Of a stretch of DNA of 64,000 bases, positions 25,558 to 38,499 are shown piece after piece. The notes below the pieces were generated by a model. That model made no database searches. It saw nothing but the letters and a program-made list of their open reading frames with translations, and was not told the origin of the DNA. This DNA comes from Heterodontus francisci (lineage: Eukaryota). The position numbers and the translations under genes are program-made. Positions within the stretch are counted from its first letter, which is position 1. Every line of letters begins with the position of its first letter. The stretch lies in NCBI RefSeq assembly GCF_036365525.1, contig NC_090413.1:22937869-23001868 (forward strand). Direction: 5' to 3'.

Positions 25558-25919
25558 TTCCACAGGAGCTGGTTGGCTTACAGCTGACACAGGTCTTCAT
25601 TTGTGAACATGGGCAGTGAGTGCTGGCAACTTGATGGACCGTGGGGCATCACAATGAAGCTTAGCCCTTTTGTCACCTGATATACACCTTGTTCTGACTG
25701 CAGCAGGGAGTCACAGGCTTGAAGGGGGGCAGGGGGGAGGGGAGAAATTGTCACAACTCCTCCAATTTATGGATGCTGAGGCCAGTTTAAGTGGCTCTTC
25801 CTGCCATCCCAGCTCAGAGTAGTCAAGAGCACAAAGTAAGGGCCCAAAAATGGAACCCCCCTGAGCTCACTAACTGATGCTTATTGGATGATAGTAGCAT
25901 CATACACAGCTATGTTGCT

Positions 25920-25934
25920 GGTTCCTTAGCAACC
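25920..25934. promoter_or_regulatory. RFX X-box-like motif upstream of the repeat-protein ORF
   Basis: ggttccttagcaacc (reverse ggttgctaaggaacc), near-palindromic, ~365 bp 5' of the ATG. Confidence 0.45.
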
Positions 25935-26159
25935 TTCTCTCTTGGCACTCTGATTCCAAGATATGTTTACAGATCAATGACACTGACTTTCATATGACTT
26001 TAGCAATTGTCTTTTCTTCTGACCTACATAGTTCCAAAATAGCCCGTTGTCCTGCTTAATAGAAGGAAAATAATCAATAAGAAGTTAATGGTTGTTTCAT
26101 GTTGCTCTGAGATATCGTGTATCTTGGATATCTGTATAGATATATTGTGTATGTATATA

Positions 26160-26960
26160 GCAGAGAAGGTTAAGGAGAGATGCAATAGGGGTGTTCAAAA
26201 TCATGAACTGTTTTGATAAAGTAAATAAGGAGAAACTGTTTCCAGTCGCAGAAGAGTCAGTAACCAGAGCTCACAGATTTAAGGTAATTGGGGTGAGATG
26301 AGGGGAATTTGTTACAACACAGTGCGTTGTGGTTATCTGGTATGCACAGCCTGGAAGGGCAGTGAAAGCAGATTCAACAGTGACTTTCTGAAGGGAATTG
26401 GATAAATACTTGAACAGGGAAAATTTAGCAGGCTGTGGGGAAATAGCGGGAGAACTAACTGGATAGTTCTTTCAAAGAGCTGCACAACATGATGGGCAGA
26501 TTGGCCTCCTTCTGTTCTAGAATCTAGGATTCTAAACGTTATAACTATATAGGGACACATTAATTCTATTTATAAATGTGCTCAATCTATTTCAGCTGCT
26601 GTATGATTGTAATGTTGATGCATAAAATATAAAAGCCAAGAGTTAATAACCTGCATAAAACCTTAATAAGGCCTCAGTTAGAATACTGTGTGTTGAATTG
26701 GGCTCCATACTATAGGAAGGATATTGAGGCTTTAGGAAGGACACAATGTAGACTCACCAGGATGCTATCTGGTAGAAGAAAATATAACTAAAAAGACTTG
26801 AAAAGTTGTTTTTTTTTTTCATTAGAACAACACAGGTTACAGGGCCATATGATAGAAATGTTTAAAATTATAAAAGGATGGAACAGGCCAGATAGAAGCA
26901 GACTGTTTCCGGTAGTCGAACAGAGGACAGGAGAAATTTCTTCACACACATACAGTTGTA
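26160..26960 (+). mobile_element. Two CR1 3' fragments
   Basis: cagagaaggttaaggagagat..ggagaaactgtttccagt; aggcctcagttagaatactgtgtg..gggctccatactataggaaggat. Confidence 0.7.
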
Positions 26961-26974
26961 GAATTCACTTCCTG

Positions 26975-27440
26975 GTCAGCCATGATTCAATGGGTCACAC
27001 TCTTGCCTCTGAGTCGGAAGGTTGTGGGTTCAAGTCCCACTCCAGAGACTTGAGCAAAAAAAAAATCATGCTGACACTCCAGCGCAGTACAGGGGGAATG
27101 CTGCACTGTCAGAGGTGCCATCTTTTGAATGAGACATTAAACTGAGACCCTGTCTGCTCTCTCAGGTGGACTTAAAGATCCTATGGCACTATTTTCAAGA
27201 AGAGCAGGGGAGTTCTCCCCGGTGTCCTGGCCAATATTTATCCCTCAGTCAACATCACAAAAACAGATTCTCTGGTCATTATCATATTGCTGTTTGTGGG
27301 AGCTTGCTGTGTGCAAATTGGCTGCTGCATTGCTCCATTACAACAGTGACTACACTTCACAAGTACTTCATTTGGCTGTAAAGCACTTTGGGAAGTCATG
27401 AGGTTGTGAAAGGCGCTATAGAAATGCAAGTATTTCTTTA
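26975..27440 (+). mobile_element. Deu-domain SINE (SacSINE1-like), near full length
   Basis: tRNA-like head gggttcaagtccc, core gaagagcaggggagttctccccggtgtcctggccaatatttatccctc, L2-like tail aaaggcgctatagaaatgcaag. Confidence 0.8.
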
Positions 27441-27759
27441 AGGCTTTCTTTAGTGATTGAGGCAGCAAATGTGTCAACATTCACAATTAGATTGGATAAG
27501 TGGATGAAGGAAATGTGGTTGAAGGGATATGGGAATGGGATGGATAAGATTAGGACTACTCGTTCAAGTAGAGGGTTGGGTTGTCTCCAAGTTCTAACTC
27601 CTATATTCCATCCTTACTACCCTGCTTTATAACAGTGACTACACTTCACTGGCTGTAAAGCACTTTGAGATGTCCAGTGGTTGTGAAAGGCGCTTATCAA
27701 TGCAAGTTTTTCTTTTTACCCTGCAAGAACATTGCATTGTCTCCCTCAACAACAGCAAC

Positions 27760-28195
27760 AACAACTTGTATTTCTGCAATGCCTTTAATGTAATTCAGTG
27801 CCCCAAGGTGTTTCACATATGTATTATGAAGCAAAACTAGACTGAGCCATGTAAGGCATTATTAGGGTGGAAGGTAAAAAGCTTGGTCAAAGATGTAGGT
27901 TTTAGGGAGTGTCTTAAAGGTGGAAAAAGAGGTACAGAGGCGGAGAGATTTGGGGAGAGAATTCCAGATCTTAGGGCCTGCAGCCACCAATGATAGAGCA
28001 ATTAAAATTGGAGGTGCTGAAGAGGCCAGAATTAGATGAGCGCAGATATCTCAGAGGGTTGTGAGGCTAGAGGAGATTACAGAGATAGGGAGGGGTGAGG
28101 CCATGGACAGACTTGAAAACAAAGATGTGAATTTTAAGTTCAAGGCATTGCTTGACCGGGAGCTAAGGTAGGTCAGAACGGGGGTATTGGGTGAA
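27760..28195 (-). mobile_element. L2-like LINE 3' fragment
   Basis: aacaacaacttgtattt..aaagcttggtcaaagatgtaggttttagggagtgtcttaaagg..gagagaattccagatcttagggcc. Confidence 0.55.
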
Positions 28196-28939
28196 CCATG
28201 TCTCCTTTCAGATGCTGTTTAAAACCTAGGCTTTTAGACACCTGTCCTAACACCTCCGTCTATAGCTCTGTGTCAAATTTTGTCCGAGTTACACTCCTGT
28301 GAAGTGCCTTGAGATATTTTACGACATTAAAGGTGCTATATTGTTACATATTTCTGTGGTATTATTAATATTAATTATAATTGAGGTTCGCAATTGAAGG
28401 ATGGCCACTTGCGTGAGGCAAGGCAGACAATGCAGCTGTTTGAGGAAAGGAAGGGAAAAATAGACAGAACATGGAAAAGGAAAATCCCATTAGTGCCACT
28501 TCTAATTGGCTTTTATGCTCCCTTGCTTTGTCACCCACATGTCAGTAATTTATGAAGAATAGGTTTTTATTTTCTGCTGCAGTGGCAAGATAGATTCTTT
28601 ATAAGCCTCTGATACAATAATTCACCTCTACGTTCAGTTCCACAGACGAATATTCCATCACACTCCATCTAGTTCACAGTAAAGCTTCTCCATCCAAATA
28701 TTAATTTTTTTTTGGAGCTTGAAGTAGAGGTTGAACAAGGGTCATGGTGAAAGTGAGTGTTCATCCTTTGCATCTTGGCAGACGCTTTAAGCCTTTATGT
28801 GACTTCACTATTCTTCTTAGCCCTGTTTTCCTCTCCTCGTTTCTTACTGGGTCTTCCTGGCTACTGGCCTTGGAAAATATAACGTTACTTTGGGGCCATT
28901 GTCAACTCAATTGAAGATTAACAAAAAGATTCTTGGGGT

Positions 28940-29290
28940 TGTGAGTCTCCCCAGCAAGGGCCATTCCTAACTGCCCTTGAAAAAGTGGTGGTGAGCCACT
29001 TTCTTGAACCGCTGCAGTCCCTCTGGCAAAGATGCTCCCACAGCACTGATAGGTTGTGAGATACAGGATTCTGCCCGCAACAATGAAGGAGCAGCCAAGT
29101 CAGGGTGTGTGTCTTGGAGGGGAACTTGAAGGTGATCATATTCCCAGGCACCTGCTGCCCTGGTCCTTGGTGGTGGAGGTTGTGGGTTTGGGAAGTGCTG
29201 TTGAAGAAGACTTGCTGAGTTGCTGCAGTGGTATCCTGTGGATAACACACACTGCAGCCAGGGTACGCCAGTGGTAAGAGGAGTGGATGA
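28940..29290 (-). mobile_element. CR1/L2-group LINE 3' fragment
   Basis: ctaactgcccttgaaaaagtggtggtgagcc..ggaggggaacttgaaggtg, same family as 59428. Confidence 0.7.
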
Positions 29291-29629
29291 TACACAACTA
29301 AGGGACCTGATAGCACCAGCAAATCAAGAAACTCAATAAAGAAGCTGCTTTTATTACATTCAGGACTTTGGAAATTCAAAGGAAGAGACTTTTCTTTTAA
29401 CTTGTAATTTGCACCATTAGTGTAACTCCAGCTAGATGAGGACAGTTCCATCTGATAATATTACAGGTCACGGAGCTAACACTGAACTGGAAAGTGGTAG
29501 AAATTCAGCTTCTATTGGGCTTATCAAAGGCATTTATTTACACAATGTACAGTTCATTTTGTACAGTTTTTGTGGCTATGGAGATCTGAAGAAAATTTCT
29601 TTAAGGAAGTTATTATTTTGCACATTATA

Positions 29630-30060
29630 GAATCAAAGAATCTTACAGCACAGAAGGAGGCCATTTGGCCCATTGTACCTATGCTATCTCTTTGAAACAG
29701 CTATCCAATTAGTATCATTCCACCACTCTTTCCCCATAGCCCTGAAAATTTTTCTTTTTCAAGTATATATCTAATTCCCTTTTGAAAGTTATTATTGAAT
29801 CCACTTCCACTGCCCTTTCAGGCAGCGCATTCCATATCACAACAACTGACTACATAAAAATCGTCCTCATCTCTGGTTCTTTTGCCAATTATCTTAATTC
29901 TGTGCCCCCTAGTTACTGCCCCTTCTGCAAGTGGAAACAGTTTCTGCATCTCTACACAATCAGAACCCTGAATCATTTTGAAAACCTTAACCTTCTCTGC
30001 TCTAACAAGAGGAATCCAAGCTTCTCTGGTCTCTTCTCATAAGTGGTGTCCGATCCCTGG
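29630..30060 (-). mobile_element. CR1 3' fragment
   Basis: agaatcttacagcacagaaggaggccatttggccc..ttattgaatccacttccactgcccttt. Confidence 0.7.
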
Positions 30061-30239
30061 CACTTCAAAAATTAATGGACATAAAATGCCTAGGACTGTA
30101 ATGATATGGTGCTACATAACAATAGCTTTTATTTTACTTTGTTTTAGCTCTGCTACCTTTTTCAACTTTGGTGGTGTATTAAACTATGGGCTGTCATATT
30201 TCATTTTGGTTTCTTTACAATAAAATAGGATGGCATTCT

Positions 30240-31114
30240 ACTCTACAGGAGCCTTGGTAGTTGGATCTACGAAAGGTCAAGAGGCATTTGCATCAGTGCC
30301 ATACAACAGACTTGTGAGCAAAGTTATAGCTCATGGAATAAAAGAGACAGTAGCAATAGGAATACGAAATTAGCTGAGTGATAGAAACAGAGAGTGATGG
30401 CTAATGGATGTTTTGCGGGCTGGAGGAAGGTTTGTAATGGAGTTCCCCAGGGGTGAGTGTTGGGAACCTTTCTCTTCCTGATATATATTAATGACCTAGA
30501 TCTTGGTGTACAGGACACAATTTCAAAATTTGCAGATGATACAAAACTTGAAAGCATTGTGAACTGTGAGGAGGATAGTGTAGAACTTCAAAAGGACATA
30601 GACAAGTTGGTGGAATGGGCGGACAAGTGGCAGATGATGTTCAGTGCAGTGAAGTGATTCATTTTGGTAGGAAGAACACAGAGAGACAATATAAAATAAA
30701 GGGTACAGCTCTAAAGTGGGTGCAGAAGCAAAGGGACCTGTTGTATATGTGCATAAATCATTGAAGTTGCAGGACAGGTTGAAAGAGTGGTTAATAAAGC
30801 ATACAGTATCCTGGGCTTTATTAATAGGAGCATAGAGTACAAGAGCAAGGAGATTATGTTGAATTTGTATAAAACACAGGTTCAGCTTTAGCTGGAGTAT
30901 TGCATCCAGTTCTGGGCACTGCAATTTAGGAAAGATGTGATGGTATTGGAAAGAGTACAGAAATGACGAGAATGGTTCCAGGGATGAGGAACTTCAATTA
31001 TGAAGATAGATTGGAGAAATTGGGGCTTTTTTCCTTGGAGAAGAGAAGGCTGAGAGGAGATTTGATAGAGGTATTCAAAATCATGAGGGGTCTGGACAGA
31101 GTAGATAGGGAGAA
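30240..31114 (+). mobile_element. CR1-A, left part (outermost host of the nested stack)
   Basis: LFLIYINDLDLGVQDTISKFADDTKL; ends at TSD gtagatagggagaa (31101-31114). Confidence 0.9.
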
Positions 31115-31219
31115 TAAAATACTGCAGATGCTGGAAATCTGAAAAAAACAAAAAGTCTTGGAAATACTCAGCAGGTCTGGCAGCATCTGTGGAGAGAGAA
31201 GCAAAGTTAATGTTTCAGA
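31115..31219 (-). mobile_element. Penelope-A fragment, part 1 (pLTR end)
   Basis: aaaatactgcagatgctggaaatctg..gcagcatctgtggagagag..gttaatgtttcaga; continues at ~34454. Confidence 0.8.
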
Positions 31220-34200
31220 TTAGAATTAGAACATTACAGCGCAGTACAGGCCCTTCGGCCCTCGATGTTGCGCTGACCTGTGAAACCATCTGACCTACAC
31301 TATTCCATTTTCATCCATATGTCTATCCAATGACCAGTTAAATGCCCTTAAAGTTGGCGCGTCTACTACTGTTGCAGGCAGGGCGTTTCACGCCCCTACT
31401 ACTCTCTGAGTAAAGAAACTACCTCTCACATCTGTCCTATATCTATCACCCCTCAACTTAAAGCTATGTCCCCCTCGTGTTTGCCATCACCATCCGAGGA
31501 AAAAGACTCTCACTATCCACCCTATCTAACCCTCTGATTATCTTTATATGTCTCTATTAAGTCACCTCTCCTCCTCCTTCTCTCCAACGAAAACAACCTC
31601 AAGTCCCTCAGCCTTTCCTCGTAAGACCTTCCCTCCATACCAGGCAACATCCTAGTAAATCTCCTCTGCACCCTTTCCAAAGCTTCCACATCCTTCCTAT
31701 AATGCGGTGACCAGAACTGCACGCAATACTCCAGGTGCGGTCTCGCCAGAGTTTTGTACAGCTGCAGCATGACCTCGTGGCTCCGAAACTCGAACCCCCT
31801 ACTAATAAAAGCTAACACACCATATGCCTTCTTAACAGCCCTATTAACCTGGGTAGCAACTTTCAGGGATTTATGTACCTGGACACCAAGATCTCTCTGT
31901 TCATCTACACTACCAAGAATCTTCCCATTAGCCCAGTACTCTGCATTCCTGTTACTCCTTCCAAAGTGAATCACCTCACACTTCTCCGCATTAAACTCCA
32001 TTTGCCAGCTCTGCAGCCTATCTATGTCCCTCTGTACCCTACAACATCCTTCGGCACTATCCACAACTCCACCGACCTTAGTGTCATCCGCAAATTTACT
32101 AACCCACCCTTCTACACCCTCTTCCAGGTCATTTATAAAAATGACAAACAGCAGTGGCCCCAAAACAGATCCTTGCGGTATACCACTAGTAACTAAACTC
32201 CAGGATGAACATTTGCCATCAACCACCACCCTCTGTCTTCTTTCAGCTAGCCAATTTCTGATCCAAAGCTCTAAATCACCTTCAACCCCATACTTCCGTA
32301 TTTTCTGCAATAGCCTACCGTGGGGAACCTTATCAAATGCCTTATTGAAATCCATATACACCACATCCACTGCTTTACCCTCATCCACCTGTTTGGTCAC
32401 CTTGTCGAAAAACTCAATAAGGTTTGTGAGGCACGACCTACCCTTCACAAAACCGTGCTGACTAATGAATTTATTCTTTTCAAGATGATTATAAATCCTG
32501 TCTCTTATAACCTTTTCCAACATTTTACCCACAACCGAAGTAAGGCTCACAGGTCTATAATTACCAGGGCTGTCTCTACTCCCCTTCTTGAACATGGGGA
32601 CAACATTTGCTATCCTCCAGTCTTCTGGCACTATTCCTGTCGACAATGACGACATAAAGATCAAGGACAAAGGCTCTGCAATCTCCTCCCTGGCTTCCCA
32701 GAGAATCCTAGGATAAATCCCATCTGGCCCAGGGGACTTATCTATTTTCACACTTTCCAAAATTGCTAACACCTTCTCCTTGTGAACCTCAATCCCATCT
32801 AGCCTAGTAGTCTGAATCTCAGTATTCTCCTCGACAACATTTTCTTTCTCTACTGTAAATACTGACGAAAAATATTCATTTAACGCTTCCCCTATCTCCT
32901 CTGATTCCACACACAACTTCCCACTACTATCCTTGATTGGCCCGAATCTAACTCTAGTCATTCTTTTATTCCTGATATACCTATAGAAAGCCTTAGGGTT
33001 TTCCTTGATCCTATCCGCCAATGACTTCTCGTGTCCTCTCCTTGCTCTTCTTAGCTCTCCCTTTAGATCCTTCCTGGCTAGCTTGTAACTCTCAAGCGCC
33101 CTAACTGAGCCTTCACGTCTCATCCCAACATAAGCCTTCTTCTTCCTTTTGACAAGCGCTTCAACTTCTTTAGTAAACCACGGCTCCCTCGCTCGACAAC
33201 TTCCTCCCTGCCTGACAGGTACATACTTATCAAGGACACGCAGTAGCTGCTCCTTGAATAAGCTCCACATTTCGATTGTGCCCATCCCCTGCAGTTTCCT
33301 TCCCCATCCTACGCATCCTAAATCTTGCCTAATCGCGTCATAATTTCCTTTCCCCCAGCTATAATTCTTGCCCTGCGGTATATACCTGTCCCTGCCCATC
33401 GCTAAGGTAAACCTAACTGAATTGTGATCACTATCATCAAAGTGCTCACCTACATCTAAATCTAACACCTGGCCGGGTTCATTACCCAGTACCAAATCCA
33501 ATGTGGCATCGCCCCTGGTTGGCCTGTCTACATACTGTGTCAGAAAACCCTCCTGCACACACTGGACAAAAACTGACCCATCTAAAGTACTCGAACTATA
33601 ATATTTCCAGTCAATATTTGGAAAGTTAAAGTCCCCCATAACAACTACCCTGTTACTCTCGCCCCTGTCGAGAATCATCTTCGCTATCCTTTCCTCTACA
33701 TCTCTGGAACTATTCGGAGGTCTATAGAAGACTCCCAACAGGGTGACCACTCCTCTCCTGTTTCTAACCTCGGCCCATACTACCTCAGTAGACGAGTCCT
33801 CAAACGTCCTTTCTGCCGCTGTAATACTCTCCTTGATTAACAATGCCACCCCCCCTCCTCTTTTACCATCTTTTCTGTTCTTACTGAAACATCTAAATTC
33901 CGGAACCTGCAACATCCATTCCTGCCCCTGCTCTACCCATGTCTCCGAAATGGCCACAACATCGAGATCCCAGATACCAACCCATGCTGCAAGCTCACCC
34001 ACCTTATTCCGGATGCTCCTGGCGTTGAAGTAGACACACTTTAAACCAAGTTCTTGCTTGCCAGTGCCCTCTTGCGTCCTTGTAACCTTATCCCTGACCT
34101 CACTACTCTCAACATCCTGTACACTGGAACTACAATTTAGGTTCCCATTCCCCTGCTGAATTAGTTTAAACCCCCCTGAAGAGCACTAGCAAATCTCCCC

Positions 34201-34453
34201 CCCCCCCCCCCCCCCCAGGATATTGGTACCCCTCTGGTTCAGGTGAAGACCATCCTGTTTGTTGAGGTCCCACCTACCCCAGAAAGAGCCCCAATTATCC
34301 AGGAAACCAAAACCCTCCCTCCTACACCATCCCTGCAGCCACGTGTTCAACTCCTCTCTCCCTATTCCTCGCTTCGCTATCACATGGCACGGGCAACAAC
34401 CCAGAGATAACAACTCTGTTTATTCTCGCTCTAAGCTTCCACCCTAGCTCCCT
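31220..34453 (-). mobile_element. Young 5'-truncated CR1-B LINE with near-intact ORF2
   Basis: 826-aa ORF 34002-31522 with APE endonuclease (ISETW, MGDFN, LDLVL, SDH) and RT (QGSVLGP, FADD); ORF1 esterase C-terminus (DGLHLN) at ~34186-34413; (ttctaa) tail; small in-frame deletions and a terminal frameshift. Confidence 0.95.
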
Positions 34454-34870
34454 AGATCTGTGACCTTTCATCAGAACTGGCAAAGGTTAGAAAATAATTA
34501 GGTTTAAAGCATATGAAGGGGAGGAGGGTGGGGAAGAGAACAAAGGGGAAAGTGTTTGATAGGGCAGAGGGAGAATAAATAACAAAGCTGTCCTGGGACA
34601 AAGGCAAAGAGTGTGTTAATGCTTGTGGTGAAAGACAAAGCATTAGTCCAGAGAGACTGTTAATAGCGGAATAATGAGTGACTCTGACTACATGAAAAGC
34701 AGGCATTTGGTTAAAAAATAAAATATTTAAAAAGCCAGTCATGCTCTGAAGTTGTTGAACTCAACGTTTAGTCCTCAAGGCTGTAAAGTGCCTAATTGAA
34801 AGATCAGGTGCTGCTCCTTGAGCTTGCGTTGATGTTCACTGGAACACTGGAGGAGGCCAAAGACAGAAAT
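34454..34870 (-). mobile_element. Penelope-A fragment, part 2
   Basis: Resumes atctgtgacctttcatcagaactgg; diverged paralogue of 35310-35430; ends at TSD caaagacagaaat (34858-34870). Confidence 0.8.
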
Positions 34871-37800
34871 AAAAACAAGAAATGCTGGAATCACTCAGCA
34901 GGACTGGCAGCATCTGTGGAAAGAGAAGCAGAGTTAACGTTTCGGGTCAGTGACCCTTCATTGGAACTGACAAATATTAGAAAAGTCACAGATTATAAGC
35001 AAGTGAGGTGGGGGTGGGGCAAAAGATAACAAAGGAGAAGGTGCAGATTGGACCAGGCCACATAGCTGACCAAAAGGTCACGGAGCAAAGGCAAACAATA
35101 TGTTAATGGTGTGTTGAAAGACAAAGCATTAGTACAGATTAGGTGTAAATACACTGAATATTGAACAGCAGCAAGTGCAAACCTGAAAAAAACAGTGGGT
35201 AAGCAAACTGAACAAACTAAGATGAAATGAAATAAATGCAAAAAAAGATTGTAAAAAAAGAATGTAGAAAAAAGGAAGAAAAAATAACTAAAAATGAAAG
35301 TAAAATGGGGGGCTGTCATGCTCTGAAATTATTGAACTCAATGTTCAGTCCGGCAGGCTGTAGTGTGCCTAATCGGTAGATGAGATGCTGTTCCTCGAGC
35401 TTGCGTTGATGTTCACTGGAACACTGCAGCAATCCCAGGACGGAGATGTGAGCATGAGAGCAGGCGGGAGTGTTGAAATGGCAAGCAACCGGAAGCTCAG
35501 GGTCCTGCTTGCGGACTGAGCGGAGATGTTCCGCAAAGCGGTCACCCAGTCTGCGCTTGGTCTCCCCAATGTAGAGGAGACCACACTGTGAGCAGCGAAT
35601 ACAGTATACTACATTGAAAGAAGTACAAGTAAATCACTGCTTCACCTGAAAGGAGTGTTTGGGGCCTGGGATAGTGAGGAAAGAGGAGGTAAATGGGCAG
35701 GTATTACACCTCCTGCGATTGCAGGGGAAGGTGCCCTGGGACGGGGACGAGGTGGTGGGGGTAATGGAGGAGTGGACCAGGGTGTCGCGGAGGGAATGAT
35801 CCCTTCGGAATGCTGACAGGGGAAGGGAGGGGAAGATGCGACTGGTAGTGGCATCACGCTGGAGGTGGCGAAAATGGCGGAGGATGATCCTTTGGATATG
35901 GAGGCTGGTGGGATGAAAAGTGAGGACAAGGGGAACCCTGTCACGGTTCTGGGAGGGAGGGGAAGGGGTGAGGGCAGAGGTGCGGGGAATGGGTCGGACA
36001 CAGTTGAGGGCCCTGTCAACCACAGTGGGGGGAAATCCTCGGTTGAGGAAAAAGGAGGTCATATCAGAAGCACCGTCATGGAAGGTAGCATCATCAGAGC
36101 AGATGCGTCGGAGACGGAGAAACTGGGAGAATGGAATGGAGTCCTTACAGGAGGTAGGGTGTGAAGAAGTGTAGTCGTGGTAGCTGTGGGAGTCGGTGGG
36201 CTTATAATGGATATTGGTAGACAACCTATCCCCAGAGATGGAGATAGAGAAGTCGAGGAAGGGAAGGGAAGTGTCAGAGATGGACCATGTAAAGGTGAGA
36301 AAAGGGTGGAAATTGGAAGCAAAGTTGATAAAGCTTTCTAGCTCGGGGCGGGAGCAGGAAACGGCACCGATACAGTCATCAATGTACCAGAAAAAGAGTT
36401 GGGGGAGGGGGCCTGAGTAGGACTGGAACAAAGAATGCTCGACATATCCCACAAAAAGACAGGCATAACTAGGACCCATGCGGGTACCCATAGTGACACC
36501 TTTTACTTGAAGGAAGTGAGTGGAGTTGAAGGAGAAGTTGTTCAATGTGAGAACAAGTTCAGCCAGGTGATGGTGGATGGAGACTGGTTGGGCCTCTGTT
36601 CCAGGAAGAAGCGGAGAGCCCTCAAACCATCCTGGTGGGGGATGGAGGTGTAGAGCGATTGGACGTCCATAGTGAAGAGGAGGCAGTTGGGACCAGGAAA
36701 CTGGAAATTGTCAAAATGACGTAGGGTGTCAGAAGAGTCACGGATGTAGGTGGGAAGAGACTGGACCAGCGGAGAAAAGATAGAGTCTAGATAGGAAGAA
36801 ATAAGTTCAGTGGGGTAGGAGCAGGCTGACACAATGGGTCTGTCGGGACAGTCCCGTTTGTGGATTTTGGGAAGGAGGTAGAAGCGGGCTGTCCGGGGTT
36901 GTGGGACTATGAGGTTGGAAGCTGTAGAGGGAATATCTCCAGAGGAGATGAGGTCAGTGACAGTCCTTTGGACGGTGGCTTGATGTTCGGTGGTGGGGTC
37001 ATGGTCCAGAGGGAGGTAGGAAGAGGTGTCTGTGAGTTGGCATTGAGCTTCTGCAAGGTAGAGGTCAGTATGCCATACAACAACAGCACCACCCTTGTCT
37101 GCAGGTTTGATGACCATGTCGGGGTTAGACCTGAGAGAACAGAGTGCCTCAAGTTCAGAGGGGGACAGGTTAGAGTGAGTGAGGGGGACAGAGAAATTGA
37201 GACGACCAATGTCTCGCCGACAGTTTTCAATGAAGAGATCAAGAGCGGGTAAGAGGCCAGGGGGAGGGGTCCAGGTAGAGGGAGAATGCTGGAGGCGGGT
37301 GAATGGGTCTGCTGGTCGGGGGGAGGACTCCTGGTCGAAGAAGTGAGCCCGGAGGCGGAGGCGACGGAAGAAGAGCTCAACGTCATGCCGAGCGCGAAAT
37401 TCATTGAGGTGGGGGCGTAAGGGGATAAAACTGAGACCTTTGCTGAGTACAGAACGCTCATCATCAGAGAGGGGGAGGTCAGAGGGTATAGTGAATACAC
37501 GGCAAGGGGTCAGATCAGAAGGGGTGGGGTCAGAGGGAAGTGAAGCGGAAGGAGGATCTGGAGGGGCATTAGTCCCCATCAGCTGCTGGAGCTTGCGTTC
37601 CTTAACACCTGAAAGGAAGAAAAAAAGTTTTTTGTTAATGCGTCGGATGAGACGTAAGATGAGATGAAACTGCGGAGTAGAACAGCTTTGAGATAAGGTG
37701 AGACGCTGCTGCTGGAGAGAGAGGTCCAGTGTGTGCATGTGGCGGCACATAGCACTGAGTGTGGATCTCAGGATGCGGCGAGACTAGCAGTCCGAGGAAC

Positions 37801-38363
37801 GTTGTATTTCTCGGAGATACCTGTGATCCTGGGTGGTATCAAAGCATGATGGGTGAAACTGCAGTTGGAATCCACGTGGAATAAGTCGGAGCCGGAGACA
37901 GTCACTGAGGAAGGAGATGTGGCTGTGGAAACGAGTTTTGGTAGATACCTTATCAAACACCAGGAGGGAAATAGAAAACAATGAAGGTGAACAAGGTAAA
38001 AGAGACAAACGAAAATCCCGTCGGAGAGAAGAGCAGAACTTCTTCAAGGTAGGCATCCCTGGAAGAGAAGTGGCAGTGAATTAAACACTAAAATAAAAGC
38101 AAAATACTGCGGATGCTGGAAATCTGAAATAAAAACAAGAAATGCTGGAATCACTCAGCAGGTCTGGCAGCATCTGTGGAAAGAGAAGCAGAGTTAACGT
38201 TTCGGGTCAGTGACCCTTCTTCGGAACTGACAAATATAAGAAAAGTCACAGATTATAAGCAAGTGAGGTGGGGGTGGGGCAAGAGATAACAAAGGAGAAG
38301 GTGTAGATTGGACCAGGCCACATAGCTGACCAAAAGGTCACGGAGCAAAGGCAAACAATATGT
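34871..38363 (-). mobile_element. Near-complete Penelope-like element (Neptune type), Penelope-B
   Basis: ORF from ATG 38056 in frameshifted pieces: IKPADKGGAVVV, FYLLPKIHK, TMDVQSLYTSIP, MGTRMGPSYA, YIDD, Cys linker PCNRRRCNTC, GIY-YIG (VYCIRCSQCGLLYIGETKR); 238-bp direct pLTR repeats 34866-35103 and 38126-38363. Confidence 0.93.
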
Positions 38364-38499
38364 CAAAGACAGAAATGTTGGCATGAGAGCAGGGGGGAGT
38401 GTTGAAATGGCAAGCAACCGGAAGCTCTGGGTTTTGCTTTCGGACTGAGCGTTGGTGTTCAGCAAAGCAGTCACCCAATCTGCGTTTGGTCTTCCCAAT
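38364..38499 (-). mobile_element. Penelope-A fragment, part 3 (GIY-YIG region)
   Basis: YIGKTKRRLGDCFAEH..PVACHFN on -; begins with TSD copy caaagacagaaat (38364-38376). Confidence 0.8.

Noticed and set aside
23528-25619. Long plus-strand ORFs (692, 313 and 298 aa) over the repeat
   Set aside because: Antisense or alternative-frame shadows of a stop-poor triplet-periodic minisatellite; the minus frame has the best start context and composition
31522-34002. 826-aa ORF as a host gene or active LINE
   Set aside because: CR1 ORF2 in a 5'-truncated copy with small deletions and a terminal frameshift
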